DNA of 64,000 nt from Octopus sinensis (lineage: Eukaryota). The stretch covers positions 4,773,360 through 4,837,359 of the forward strand of contig NC_043019.1 of NCBI RefSeq assembly GCF_006345805.1. The letters run 5' to 3'. Position 1 is the stretch's first letter. The number at the start of each line of letters is the position of its first letter. Shown piece after piece: positions 1 to 11,494 of this stretch. The notes below the pieces were generated by a model, which had not been told where the DNA came from, did no database searches, and was given only the letters and a program-made list of their open reading frames with translations. The translations under genes and the position numbers were made by a program.

Positions 1-97
1 AGTAGAAGACACTTGCCCAAGGTGCCACGCAGTGGGACTGAACCCGGAACCATGTGGTTGGTTAGCAAGCTACTTACCACACAGCCACTCCTGCGCC
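1..97 (-). mobile_element. SINE-A 5' half (tRNA-like head plus CORE-like segment), cut by window edge
   Basis: Reverse complement gives GGCGCAGGAGTGGCTGTGTGG (A-box-like)...GGTTCAGTCCC (B-box-like)...CCTTGGGCAAGTGTCTT; about 20 related copies in the window. Confidence 0.85.
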
Positions 98-321
98 TAT
101 GTTCACATTCAAAGACAAACGGTTTGATTGCGTGTATGTTCCCCAAGCCATCTGCCGCTTTTCTCTACTTCCAACTATTGTGTTTCCTCTCTCCCTCTGC
201 TCAATACTTAAATCTTTCGTTCACTGTATTGTACCTGCCTTACTGCCACCATTCACTCCCCATGCAGTACTTTAATCTGTTATACTGATTTCAAATTTTG
301 GGTCAATGCCAGCAAATTTGA

Positions 322-513
322 CAACGTTAGCACGCCGGACGAAATGCTTAGCGGTATTTCGTCTGCCGCTACGTTCTGAGTTCAAATTCCGCCGAGGTCG
401 ACTTTGCCTTTCATCCTTTCGGGGTCGATTAAAACCAGTTACGCACTCGTTTCGATATAATCGACTTAATTTGTTTGTCTGTCCTTGTTTGTCCTCCCTG
501 TGCTTTGCCCCTT
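322..513 (+). mobile_element. SINE-B monomer
   Basis: ACGTTAGCACGCCGG head, GAGTTCAAATTCC B-box-like motif, body and tail matching the other B copies. Confidence 0.85.
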
Positions 514-759
514 GAGACACCAGCAAAAGAAGAAATAAAGATAGACTTATTTTTTATTCCAAAGAAAAAAAGTGATTTTATTCACACAAATATGCAACCG
601 AAGAGTTTAAAGTACCAGTAATGATAAGGTCTGTTGACTGGGAGAACACAAACATGGTTTAAACAGTAAGCTTGGCAGGAAAAAAACGTGCCTTTAAGCA
701 GTACAAAAACAACAAAAAATGGAAGTCAATTACATCGGCGAACACACGTTTTGAAATAA

Positions 760-1036
760 TAGGATGAAAAGCAAATTCGACCTCAGTGGAATTTGAACTC
801 AGAACGGAGCGGCAGACTCTCTGTATTTAGCCCCTTGTGGGTAGTAAAGAGATAGGTATTTCGTCTGCCGTTACGTTCTGAGTTCAAATTCCGCCGAGGT
901 CGACTTTGCATCTTCATCCTTTCGGGGTCGATTAAATAAGTACCAGTTACTCACTGGGGTCGATGTAATCGACTTAATCCCTTTGTCCTTGCTTGTCTCC
1001 TCTATATTTAGCCTCCCTGTGGGCAACAAAGAAATA
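760..1036. mobile_element. SINE-B pieces joined in opposite orientation (760-817 minus, 818-1036 plus)
   Basis: Both segments match the B consensus, with a strand switch at about 817. Confidence 0.7.
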
Positions 1037-1398
1037 AATATTTAAAGAAAAGTTCGTTCAGATTATTATAACGACGTACAGTATAGCGGGATTATCCAGT
1101 TCTTTATAAGTCCGTATTCAATGATGTCATTATCTGTCAGAGAAAAACAAAGTTGAAGAAGCATTCATAAGAGACTTGACAATAATGATAGAAATTTTGG
1201 ATTTTATGCATTATTATGAAATGTATTAAAAAGCCAGATAAACTAATTGAAACGTGAAATTACGTTTGTATAGAATTACAAACGGAAGAGTGTTTTAGTT
1301 TCTTCGAAGCATTGCAGAATATATAGAAAAACATGACAATTGTGATGTAGCTGGAAAATGAAATATCAATGATAAACATATTAAAATTATTGACATAT

Positions 1399-1938
1399 TA
1401 CTCTTTTACTCTTTTACTTGTTTCAGTCATTTGACTGTGGCCATGCTGGAGCATCACCTTTAGTCTAGCAAATCGACCCCAGGACTTATTCTTTGCAAGC
1501 CCGGTACTTATTCTATCGGTCTCTTTTGTCGAACTGCTAAGTTACGGGGACGTAAACACACCAGCATCGGTTGTCAAGCGATGTTGGGGGGACAAACACA
1601 GACACACAATCTTAAATGTTGTTCCACATGACTTAATAATTTGTAAAATTTTACGACAAATTTGAAAAAAAAAGAAATTTTACAAACAAACCATAAAAAT
1701 AAAAAATAAATATTAGCCCAGACACACCTTGTTTCTAACACAAACACATATATACAAATACATATATATATATATATATACGACGGGCTTCTTTCAGTTT
1801 CCGTCTACCAAATCCACTCACAAGGCTTTGGTCGGCCCGAGGCTGTGGTAGAAGACACTTGCCAAAGGTGCCACGTAGTGGGACAGAACCCTGAACCATG
1901 TGGTTGGTAAGCAAGCTACTTACCACACAGCCACTCCT
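1399..1938 (-). mobile_element. SINE-A, interrupted by about 125 bp of unrelated sequence (about 1610-1736)
   Basis: 3' half 1399-1609 and 5' half 1737-1938 match the A consensus. Confidence 0.85.
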
Positions 1939-2549
1939 TCTATTACCTTAGAAATAATTAGTTATAATATTTCAAGTAAAATGACCCTTTTCAAGAGCTT
2001 TTCGAGAACGCGAGAAATCTGTCTGATGGTGGTGAGAATGCTGGTTGTATGTGTGTATGTGTGTGTCCATATGTGCTTGCGTGCGGGCGTGCATACGGGT
2101 GCATATATGTGTGTGTGTGTGGCTTTGATTTGCATTTAATCATATCTATGTTATACAAGGAGTTTGAAGAAAATGGAAAGTTTGCTACGAGAAAATGTAA
2201 CTAAGTTCAGAATTGATGAAATGAATGCTTATGCCTAGAACGTATTACGTTTACAAAAGATAACATAGATTCTGGGGAAAATATATCTTAAATTGTTAAA
2301 AGACTGGGTGCTTTCGGGTACATTTCATAGAATCAGAGTTTATTAGAAAGTTGAAGAAGAGAAGTTGCACGAATGAAATAGAGTTTAAACTTTGAAATGG
2401 GATTTCAATAATTTTCATGATTATCTATGAATGGGTCTTCCTGCTTCAGAAATTAATAAGGAAAATAAAACAAAATATGAAGAAAATCGCGATAAGTTCC
2501 AAGTTATAAGAGATCTTATGTCTCCGACTTCTTCTCCTCCTCCACCTCC

Positions 2550-2842
2550 TCCTCGTTATTGTTATTATTGTTGTTGTTGTTGTTGTTGTTGTTGTTATTG
2601 TTGTTGTTGTTGTTGTTGTTATTATTAGACTGTTGGAAAAGAAAAAATCCTAACATCGGGCTACAAGACCCCTCCCAAATATCCTAACTGTCCCTAATAA
2701 CACTGCTTTCTGGAGCTTTATTAATATTATTATTAATATTATTATTATTATTATTATTATTGTTATTATTATTGTTATTATTATTATTGTTATTATTATT
2801 ATTATTATTATAATTATTATTATTATTATTATTATTATTATT
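2550..2842. repeat. (TTG)n and (TTA)n microsatellites
   Basis: Direct reading. Confidence 0.95.
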
Positions 2843-3080
2843 GAGTGAGATAGCAGTTCATGCCATCAAAGTGACACTGGCGTAAAATATACAAAGCCCT
2901 GTATACCCATCATGACTACCTGTCTGATAAGGGTACACCAGGCACATGCATCACAACCATATGTGCGCGACATGGTGATCTCATATCAAGATAAACAGCG
3001 CATGATCTTGCAGGTGGGGCCCAGTTAGAATTTTCTTCAAGTCGAGTAGCCCATCCCGCTCAAAAAGGTCCCCGAATAAG
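2843..3080 (-). mobile_element. Family F, 5'-truncated copy, abutting (TAA)n
   Basis: Reverse complement matches 59026-59260; ends CTCACTC followed by (AAT)n. Confidence 0.75.
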
Positions 3081-3344
3081 ACACTTGCCCAAGATGCTAC
3101 ACAGACCGCGATGAATTAAAGTGAGCTTGCGCTTAGAGTATAAAGGGAAGGCGAGCACCACAGAAATGGTAAATGGCTTACGGCACAAAAGAAATTACTT
3201 TAAACTTGCTTACTAATTTTTGAAGTAGTCTATATGATCGGAAATATATTTTCCAACTGTTCATGGTGTCAGAGTGAGGATCTAATCAAAACTTTGCAAT
3301 TAAAAAGAAAAAGTAGGAGAAAACTTTTCAAATATATATAAAAA

Positions 3345-3701
3345 CCAACCACATGGTTCCGGGTTCAGTCCCACTGCGAGGCATCTTGGGCAAGTGTCTT
3401 CTGCTATAGCCCCGGGCCGACCAGTGCCTTGTGAGTGGATTTGGTAGACAGAAACTGAAAAGAAGCCTGTCGTATATATGTATATATATGTATGTATGTG
3501 TGTGTTTGTCCCCCTAGCATTGCTTGACAACCGATGCTGGTGTGTTTACGTCCCCGTCACTTAGTGGTTCGGCAAAAGAGACCGATAGAATAAGTACTGG
3601 GCTTACAAAGAATAAGTCCCGGGGTCGATTTGGTCGACTAAAAGCGGTGCTCCAGCATGGCCGCGGTCAAATGACTGAAACAAGTAAAAGAGTAAAAGAG
3701 T
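3345..3701 (+). mobile_element. SINE-A, head partly missing
   Basis: Matches the A consensus through the AAGTAAAAGAGT tail. Confidence 0.85.
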
Positions 3702-4532
3702 ATACAAAAAAAACAACAAAAAAATTGTTTTCTATTTTATGTTAGTTTTGTTTCATTTTGAAATATGAATTTATCTGATGGTTCATTATTGTTTATATTT
3801 TAAATTGCATGTATATGGGGGCACTAAAATCTTTTGAGTGCTTAGGACCTCTACGGTTCTTAAGAGAATCGAGCAAGGAACCACGAGGGCGCAAAAACGG
3901 GTTTCTTAACCACATTTATTTACATATACTATTATATACCATTTGCCCTAGTGGCGATTCTTCACATAAAGATACGCGCCCTTCTTCAGGATACTAGTGT
4001 ATGCTATTTTTTTTTAAACCTGTCCCTTTCTCCTCTCTTTTGTCCTCACGTGACCAGCCACCAACTACTGCCTTTTCGTATCCAGCAGTCATTGTGGCAA
4101 GACACACTTGTTTGTCTCTCTGTGGCCTTAAGGCACTCTTCTATAGCCAGCTCAAAACTTAACTCGTCCTGTCGAAAAGACGCTTGTCCTGACGTCCTGG
4201 TTTTGTTGTTATTATTACCATTATTGTTTTTACGTATTTTTGTATTTTTATTCGTGTAACATCGTCCCGTTTCCGTCCCTGTGTTGTATACATTCGAGGC
4301 TTTCTTCCAAGGAATCTAATGCGCTTGGCTTAGATTTCCCTTGGGGGCTGCCCAGATCGGAGCAATCTCAAGATTAATCAGCCGAAATTGCGAAGATGAT
4401 CCGGTTCTTGACTGATGATTGAGGGCTTCGAATGTCCCGTCCGTGTTTTTTATGTCGTCTTCTAAATGTTTCACGTTCTTGTCCCAGTTTTTATATTTTT
4501 TTACTTTTACATATATATTATTGAAGTCGGGT

Positions 4533-4866
4533 CGGGACCCCCTTTGGTCACGACACTGACCATGGGATTGCACCCAGAAAGTTACCCTCCTAGTCACAAG
4601 TCTGGGCAAGGTGGTTTATGGAAGACCAGCAGTCGCCCATGCATACCGGCCTCCTCTCTCCACGCCACCAGTGTTATCAAGGGAAAGGCAAAGGGACCGA
4701 TACAGCTTGGCACCCGTGACGTCGCAACTCATTTCAGCAGCTGAGTTAACTGGAGCAACGTGAAATAAAGTGTCTTGCTCAAGAACACAACACGCAGCCC
4801 GGTCGGGATTCGAGCTCACAACCTCACGATCGTAAGCTCGACGCTCTAACCACTGAGCCATGCGCT
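4533..4866 (-). mobile_element. SINE-E (tRNA-like head, CORE-like TTGAGCAAGACAC segment)
   Basis: rc reads TGGCTCAGTGGTTAGAGC...AGCTCGAATCCC; related pieces at 24195-24378 and 34983-35088. Confidence 0.7.
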
Positions 4867-5221
4867 TTCACTATTATTGAAGTTGGGTGAATATATAACG
4901 TGTGTCTACTGTCAATCATAAAAATATGAAACATTGATTTTAAATTTTGGCACGAGGCAAGAAATTTCCTGGGAGGGAATGATTTTATTACTACCCACAA
5001 GGGGCGAACATAGAGGGGACAATACAATTGGGAAAAAATTAAATTAATGAGTTATGAAAGTATGTATAAATGTGGTGCAATGCCCACCCGATCCCCGAAA
5101 TCGGGTGGTTACATTTCATCATTTTTATTCATCAAAAATACATCTTACAATATTTTCATAAATAAAAAAACATTTTACAGAATTTCACAATACATTTGAC
5201 GAAGATACATTTCAAAAAAAT

Positions 5222-5332
5222 GGGAGGGAATAAGTTGATTACATCGATCCCAGTGTTAAACTGGCACTTATTTTATCGATCTCGAAAGAATGAAGTGCAA
5301 AGTCAACCTCGGTGGAATTTGAACTCAGAACA
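5222..5332 (-). mobile_element. Diverged SINE-B body fragment
   Basis: AAAGTCAACCTCGGTGGAATTTGAACTCAGAAC matches B. Confidence 0.7.
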
Positions 5333-5956
5333 CATTATAATCAATTTTGCAATTTGTATTCATTTTAACGTGTGAGGTATGCTTTGCATGTCTTGTATTC
5401 ATGTAAGAAACACCTTTTTCCATTAGGAAATATCTATTTACATTTATTGTTATCAGAGATATTATACAAGCAAATCCAAATATTCGATTTTAGGTGACGT
5501 GACATTGCTAATAAGACGTGTAACGAAGCTGATGAGCGAACAGAACAGAGAACTGAAGTGAAATTGCATTAAAAGCACATCTATTATACAAAAAAAACAA
5601 AAAAAACTGATATTTATTTTCCTCCCATCATCACGAATTAGAGGCGTGTTTGTCGCTTATTTATTACGGAATAAGTGAGAGGTATTTCGTTAAAGGTAAC
5701 CACTGCCAAAAGGCTGATCAATTTATTAGATACAAATTGAAATAGAGAGAGAGAAAAAGAAAGCAAATAACAACCGCGTACAATCCTACACAGGTCTTCC
5801 AAGATGGAAATACGATATTGACACGCAAACAAGATCAACGTCGACGAGTAGTTATGATAATAATGGCCGTCGTGGAGTGTTTAGTTATCGCGGTTTTATC
5901 GCTTCTGGTGATCGTAAATTCAAAGGCGTTGATACCGGTATTTATTAGTTTATATG

Positions 5957-5959
<3 letters not shown>

Positions 5960-6011
<52 letters not shown>

Positions 6012-6043
6012 TATTATTATCATTATTATTATTATTATTATTA

Positions 6044-6121
<78 letters not shown>

Positions 6122-6290
6122 CCACCACCACCACCACCACCACCACCACCACCACCACCACCATCATCACCATCATCATCATCATCGTCGTCATCATCGT
6201 TATTGTTATCGCTGCTGCTGCTGTTGTTGTTGTTGTTGTTGTTATCGCTGCTGCTGCTGTTGTTGTTGTTGTTGTTGTTATTATTATTTT
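5960..6290. repeat. Compound trinucleotide microsatellite (ATT/ATC/ACC/GTT)
   Basis: Direct reading; explains ORFs 5818, 5835 and 5954. Confidence 0.95.
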
Positions 6291-6484
6291 ATTTTACAAG
6301 CTGCTGTGATTAATAATTGCAGGAAATGATTTTGGCGTAACGATTGCTTTGTGGAGAAGAGGTTAGTTTAGATTCTGAAGTGGAGTGGAAGAGTTTAAAA
6401 TAAATATCCTCAATGCCATTCAGGAGTGTTCTGTCTCCGAGGAAGAAACCTTAATCCTGGAAGACTGGCGATAATTAATGAACA

Positions 6485-6900
6485 GGCGCAGGAGTGGCTG
6501 TGTGGTAAGTAGCTTGCTTACCAGCCACATGGTTCCGGGTTCAGTCCCACTGCGTGGCACCTTGGGCAAGTATCTTCTTCTATAGCCTCGGGCCGACCAA
6601 AGCCTTGTGAGTGGATTTGGTAGACGGAAACTGAAAGAAGCCCGTCGTATATATGCATATATATATATGTATATGTGTGTGTGTATGTTTGTGTGTCTGT
6701 GTTTGTCCCCTTAGCATTGCTTGACAACTGATGCTGGTGTGTTTACGTCCCTGTCACTTAGCTGTCACAAAAGAGACCGATAGAATAAGTACTGAGCTTA
6801 CAGAGAATAAGTCCCGGGGTCGATTTGCTCGACTAAAGGTGGTGCTCCAGCATGGCCGCAGTCAAATGACTGAAACAAGTAAAAGAGTAAAAAAGAGAGT
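6485..6900 (+). mobile_element. SINE-A, full length
   Basis: Head, CORE-like segment, internal (TA/TG)n and tail all present. Confidence 0.9.
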
Positions 6901-6982
6901 AATAACCACAATATCTTACTGCTGACAATGTAAGGCATCCTCGCAATATATCTCTTATACTGGGAATTCGGTGAATTGCATA

Positions 6983-7161
6983 ATAGTTTCAGTTATCGCG
7001 GTCATGCAATTAAGCAAATAGTTTCAGTTATCGCGGTCATGCAATTAAGCAAATAATTTCAGTTATCGCGGTGATGCAATTAAGCAAATAATTTCAGTTA
7101 TCGCGGTGATGCAATTAAGCAAATAGTTTCAGTTATCGCGGTCATGCAATTAAGCAAATAG
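6983..7161. repeat. 35-bp minisatellite, 5.1 copies
   Basis: Unit ATAGTTTCAGTTATCGCGGTCATGCAATTAAGCAA at 6983, 7018, 7053, 7088 and 7123; no spacers. Confidence 0.95.
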
Positions 7162-7240
7162 ACGAGTGTTTTCTCTCATAGTTTCCGGTCGACCGGAAGT
7201 GTTATTAACGCTACCGCCTATAAAGCTTTGAATGCCCTGA

Positions 7241-7544
7241 ACCCCGAAAGGATGAAAGGCAAAGTCGACCTCGGCGGAATTTGGACTCAGAACGTAACGA
7301 CAGACGAAATACCTATTTCTTTACTACCCACAAGGGGCTAAACACAGAGAGGACAAACAAGGACAGAGACACGGATTAAGTCGATTACATTGACCCCAGT
7401 GCGTAACCGGTACTTATTTAATCGACTCCGAAAGGATGAAAGGCAAAGTCGACCTCGGCGGAATTTGAACTCAGAACGTAACGGCAGACGAAACACTGCT
7501 AAGCATTTCGCCCGGCGTGCTAACGTTTTTGCCAGCTCGCCGCC
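7241..7544 (-). mobile_element. SINE-B dimer (head unit plus a partial second unit)
   Basis: Junction GAAATACC/TATTTC at about 7313; head end CTCGCCGCC at 7544. Confidence 0.85.
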
Positions 7545-7827
7545 TTTTACGTCTTTTTTTCGTCATCGAAAGCTTTGCTCGTTGTATTATTTCTTTTGCA
7601 TTCATCTTTCAACCCCCCTCTCTCCCTCTCTCCTCTCTCTCTAATTATATATTTCTCATTATCTCAGTTTCTCCTAGTTGCCTAATTTTTTGTCCTTTAT
7701 GGAAATCAAGATGTAAATTAGCAGTTTCAATACACGCCCAGCAACTGAAATTGGCAAACAGCTAATTTTAATTAGCTTTATCGAGAAATCAAATTCTGTG
7801 GACGTGAGTTCAAATTACATTCAACAC

Positions 7828-8210
7828 CAAATGACTCTTTCCATGAGAAATTTAGTACAAATAAAAGAAAGGAAGGTAGTAGAGATGGTAGAGCTGGCTG
7901 TTCCCTGGGAGGTGAACATCGAAGACGCTCTCCAGGGGAAATACAGAAATAATGAGATGCTACAGGGTTTGTTGGAACCAGGGTTCACCCGATGCTCAAG
8001 GAACTTGGACCAACAGCGAAGGAGAGAAAAGATATTGCCAGAAAATCGTCGTAAGCCACTGAAAAATGAATCTATTACATCGGGCACAAGAGAGAGGACG
8101 ATTGCTACAGCAAGAACGGGCGCTGAGGATGGTAGAAACATCTGGCTCAGAGTCCCAACGTCTGACCCGACAAAGCTCAAGCTGCTGGGCGTGAGTTTGT
8201 CACTTACGTC
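7828..8210 (+). mobile_element. Decayed 3' end of a non-LTR retrotransposon with restriction-like endonuclease
   Basis: NLVQIKERKVVEMVELAVPWEVNIEDA resembles the PD-(D/E)xK segment RPDxV...VELTVPWEEN; frameshifted continuation GFVGTRVHPMLKELG. Confidence 0.6.
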
Positions 8211-8263
8211 GGTGTCTTGTGTCTCTGGGATCCCTCAATACTCGTCAATATTGAGTAGAATAT

Positions 8264-8649
8264 GGTGGAAGCACTCCGTCGGTTACGACGATGAGGGTTC
8301 CGGTTGATCCGATCAACGGAACAGCCTGCTCGTGAAATTAACGTCCAAGTGGCTGAGCACTCCACAGACACATGTACCCTTAACGTAGTTCTCGGGGATA
8401 TTCAGCGTGACACAGAGAGTGACAAGGCTGGCCCTTTGAAATACAGGTACAACAGAAACAGGAAGATAGAGTGAGAGAAAGTTGTGGTGAAAGAGTACAG
8501 CAGGGATCGCCACCACCCCCTACCGGAGCCTCGTGGAGCTTTAGGTGTTTTCGCTCAATAAACACTCACAACGCCCGGTCTGGGAATCGAAACCGCGATC
8601 CTACGACCGCGAGTCCGCTGCCCTAACCACTGGGCCATTGCGCCTCCAC
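8264..8649 (-). mobile_element. SINE-C, tail type 1, 12-bp TSD
   Basis: rc head GGAGGCGCAATGGCCCAGTGG...GGTTTCGATTCCC; TSD TGAGTAGAATAT at 8252-8263 and 8650-8661. Confidence 0.9.
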
Positions 8650-8920
8650 TGAGTAGAATATATTTCGTTGACGAAAGGGTTAGTATTTAAAAGCACCTGT
8701 CTACCTTGTATATATACCTTGTATATATGTATATATACCTTGTATATATACCTTGTATATATTTGAAGTCTGTCTGGGTTTCATATTCGCCTGATTGTTA
8801 AGTGATCAGGAAGCTGCTCTATTTTAGTTTTGCATTAGTTTTGCAAATGGTTAGATCATTTGCATTACAGAACTCCAAGAGCTTTGATCCCTATTCATTC
8901 TTTATTATATTTATTTATGC

Positions 8921-9221
8921 GACCTTTTCAGCCCTAGCCAGGCTCATGGGCCCGGTTTCCCGGTTTCTGTGGCGTATGTGTTCCTCCCAGCTGGACGGGA
9001 CGCCAGTCCATCGCAGCGTTACTCAAGAAACAGGAAGAGAGGGTGAGAGAAAATTGGTGCGAAAGAGTACAACAGGGGTCGCCACCAGCCCCTTCCGGAG
9101 TCTCGTGGAGCTTTAGGTGTTTTCGCTCAATAAACACAAACAACGCCCGGTCTGGGAATCGAAACCGCGATCCTCCGACCGCGAGTCCGCTGCTATAACC
9201 ACTGGGCCATTGCGCCTCTAC
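8921..9221 (-). mobile_element. SINE-C, tail type 2
   Basis: Same head and body; tail GATGGACTGGCGTCCCGTCCAG...GAAACCGGGAAACCGG. Confidence 0.85.
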
Positions 9222-9289
9222 TCCACATTCATTCCTTATACTATATACATATCCTACAGGTATATCAAAATAGCCATTATGTCGTTATC

Positions 9290-9720
9290 CTAATAGGTCC
9301 GTTAAAGTCTTTAGCCGCCACAAGATTATCGTCAATCGATTTCGAAACCTTCTAAAGGAACATCTTATAGAAACTGTCCCTTTGTTCATTAATCCTGATT
9401 TACAGGCAGAGATCGATAATGTTGTCTTGTTGACTCTACTCGGATTAGCCTAATTATTATTTTGTCCCATATTTTCACTGCCTCAGTTACCTTCATCTAA
9501 CCATTTTCTACCAGCATCACTCACTTCAGCCCTTTTATTAACCCAAATACCTTCAGTACTTGTGTTTCTTGCTTGTAACGTGTGTTACTGGGGATCCCTT
9601 CCATTTTGCCTCATGTACATGGCAAATACCTATTTTTCTGCATCTCCAGCATCTTTACAATCTTTCTAGACAACATTAATGGCGGAAGTCCTGATATGAT
9701 AAAGAGAGCTTTTGGTGGTG
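9290..9720 (-). mobile_element. Highly decayed APE endonuclease remnant of an RTE-like LINE
   Basis: Broken minus frames give HEAKWKG, DKIIIRLIRV and KDFNG, resembling QETRWKG...DRIIKLRL...GDFNG. Confidence 0.5.
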
Positions 9721-9807
9721 GATAATTGGTTTGATGTCGGTTTTCTGCCTCTGAAACCAAGAGAGTTGTGTGATCGCATGATGATAGTTGAAAAGTACCC
9801 ATACATA

Positions 9808-10216
9808 GGCGAAGGAGTGGCTGTGTGGTAAGTAGCTTGCTAACCAACCACATGGTTCAGGGTTCAGTCCCACTGCGTGGCATCTTGGGCAAGTGTCTTC
9901 TACTATAGCCCCGGGCCGACCAATGCCTTGTGAGTGGATTTGGTAGACGGAAACTGAAAGAAGCCTGTCGTATATATGTATATGTATATATATGTGTGTG
10001 TGTGTGTTTGTGTGTCTGTGTTTGTCCCCCTAGCATTGCTTGACAACCGATGCTGGCGTGTTTATGTCCCCGTCACTTAGCGGTTCGGCAAAGAGACCGA
10101 TAGAATAAGTACTGGGCTTACAAAGAATAAGTCCTTGGGTCTAGTTGCTCGACTAAAGGCGGTGCTCCAGCATGGCCGCAGTCAAATGACTGAAACAAGT
10201 AAAAGAGTAAAAGAGT
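9808..10216 (+). mobile_element. SINE-A, full length
   Basis: Matches the consensus end to end. Confidence 0.9.
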
Positions 10217-10378
10217 ATACAAGGTCAGATGTTCCTACTCGCAACCGTGCGCAGCGCTAAAGTGATAAATGTTAACCCTGTGTATGCAATTATGGCTTAA
10301 ACAGTTGATTTTTCTGTTAGGTTTTCGTCAGGATTTTATTGGTTAGGTGCATTTCTTATTACAAACCGCTTTTTTGTA

Positions 10379-10672
10379 TGTTGTTGTTGTTTGTTCCTTT
10401 TCGAGCCATGCCTGGCTCATAAGGGCCGGTTTCCCGGTTTCCTCGGCGTATAGGTTCCCCACCTGGACGGGATGCCAGTCCATCGCAGGTGAGCTGCAAG
10501 ATGCAGGAGGAAAGAGTTTGAGAAAGTTGTGGCAAAAGAGTCAGCAGAAGTTTGCCATTACCTTCTGCCAGATCCGCGTAAACACACACATCGCCCGATC
10601 TGAGATTCGAATCCGCGATCCCTCGACCGCGAGTCCGCTGCTCTAACCAACCACTAGGCCATGTGCTTCCAC
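10379..10672 (-). mobile_element. SINE-C variant (type 3) with (CAA)n tail
   Basis: Variant head GGAAGCACATGGCCTAGTGG; near-identical copy at 57426-57741. Confidence 0.85.
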
Positions 10673-11390
10673 GTTGACCACAGCATTGAACACTTATCTT
10701 TACTGTATCCTCAAAGGGGTCGAAAAGCCAAGGTTCATTCCCACTATCACTGTCCCTTGTTCTGATGCTCGTATCCCATCATGCCACAGCTTTTGAGCAA
10801 ACGCGTGTGATGAACGAGATCCACCCATCTACTTTCTAGCCTTGTCCTCAGTATAGAAGACCAGGCAGACATGTCTATCAATGAAAGAACATGCATCCTA
10901 CCATACTTCATCTAGAACCACATTTAGCTTACCCTTTGAGGATATGTGGAAATCCACTCCGACGTTTCGGAAGGAGAGTTATGCCCCCTTCCACATTACC
11001 TAATCTGTATATATATAAGGCAGGATGTGCGTGTGTGTACGTAATTGTTGTTTATGCACATCCACAAATTAGCACGCATCTCGCTCAAATTTTAGGAAGA
11101 CATTCGTCACGATTCTAGCTGTATTTTCGTCAAATTATTTTCCCCCGAGGCAGCCGAGAATAGCGGTAAATAATTTTGAGCCATAACTTCAATTTTCACG
11201 GCGGAGAAATCCCCTGTAGTGACGCCATTATTGTTGACAAAACATGAGTTAAGCCCCCTTCTAGCGACGGTGTAAAGAGAGGGAGGGGGAGGGAGTGAGA
11301 TTTAAAAAAATTCTTTTTAGTGAGTGATTGACAAACAAAAACAGACAGACAGGTGTTGTTATGTATGTATGTATATGTGAATGGCTTCAG

Positions 11391-11430
<40 letters not shown>

Positions 11431-11494
11431 GAGCATTTATGCGTACAAAACAGATGCATGCAATGTGTGTGTTGACCGTATGTATATATATATA

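Noticed and set aside
4412-4437. CTGATGA...GAATGTC
   Set aside because: GAAA is broken; no G10.1-C11.1 stem II or stem I pairing
5529-5570. CTGATGA followed distantly by GAAA
   Set aside because: No stems
6983-7161. CRISPR-like 35-bp repeats
   Set aside because: No spacers, eukaryotic context, no cas genes
8560-8649. tRNA genes at SINE heads
   Set aside because: A/B-box-like motifs are present but there is no proper acceptor stem, and each runs into a SINE body
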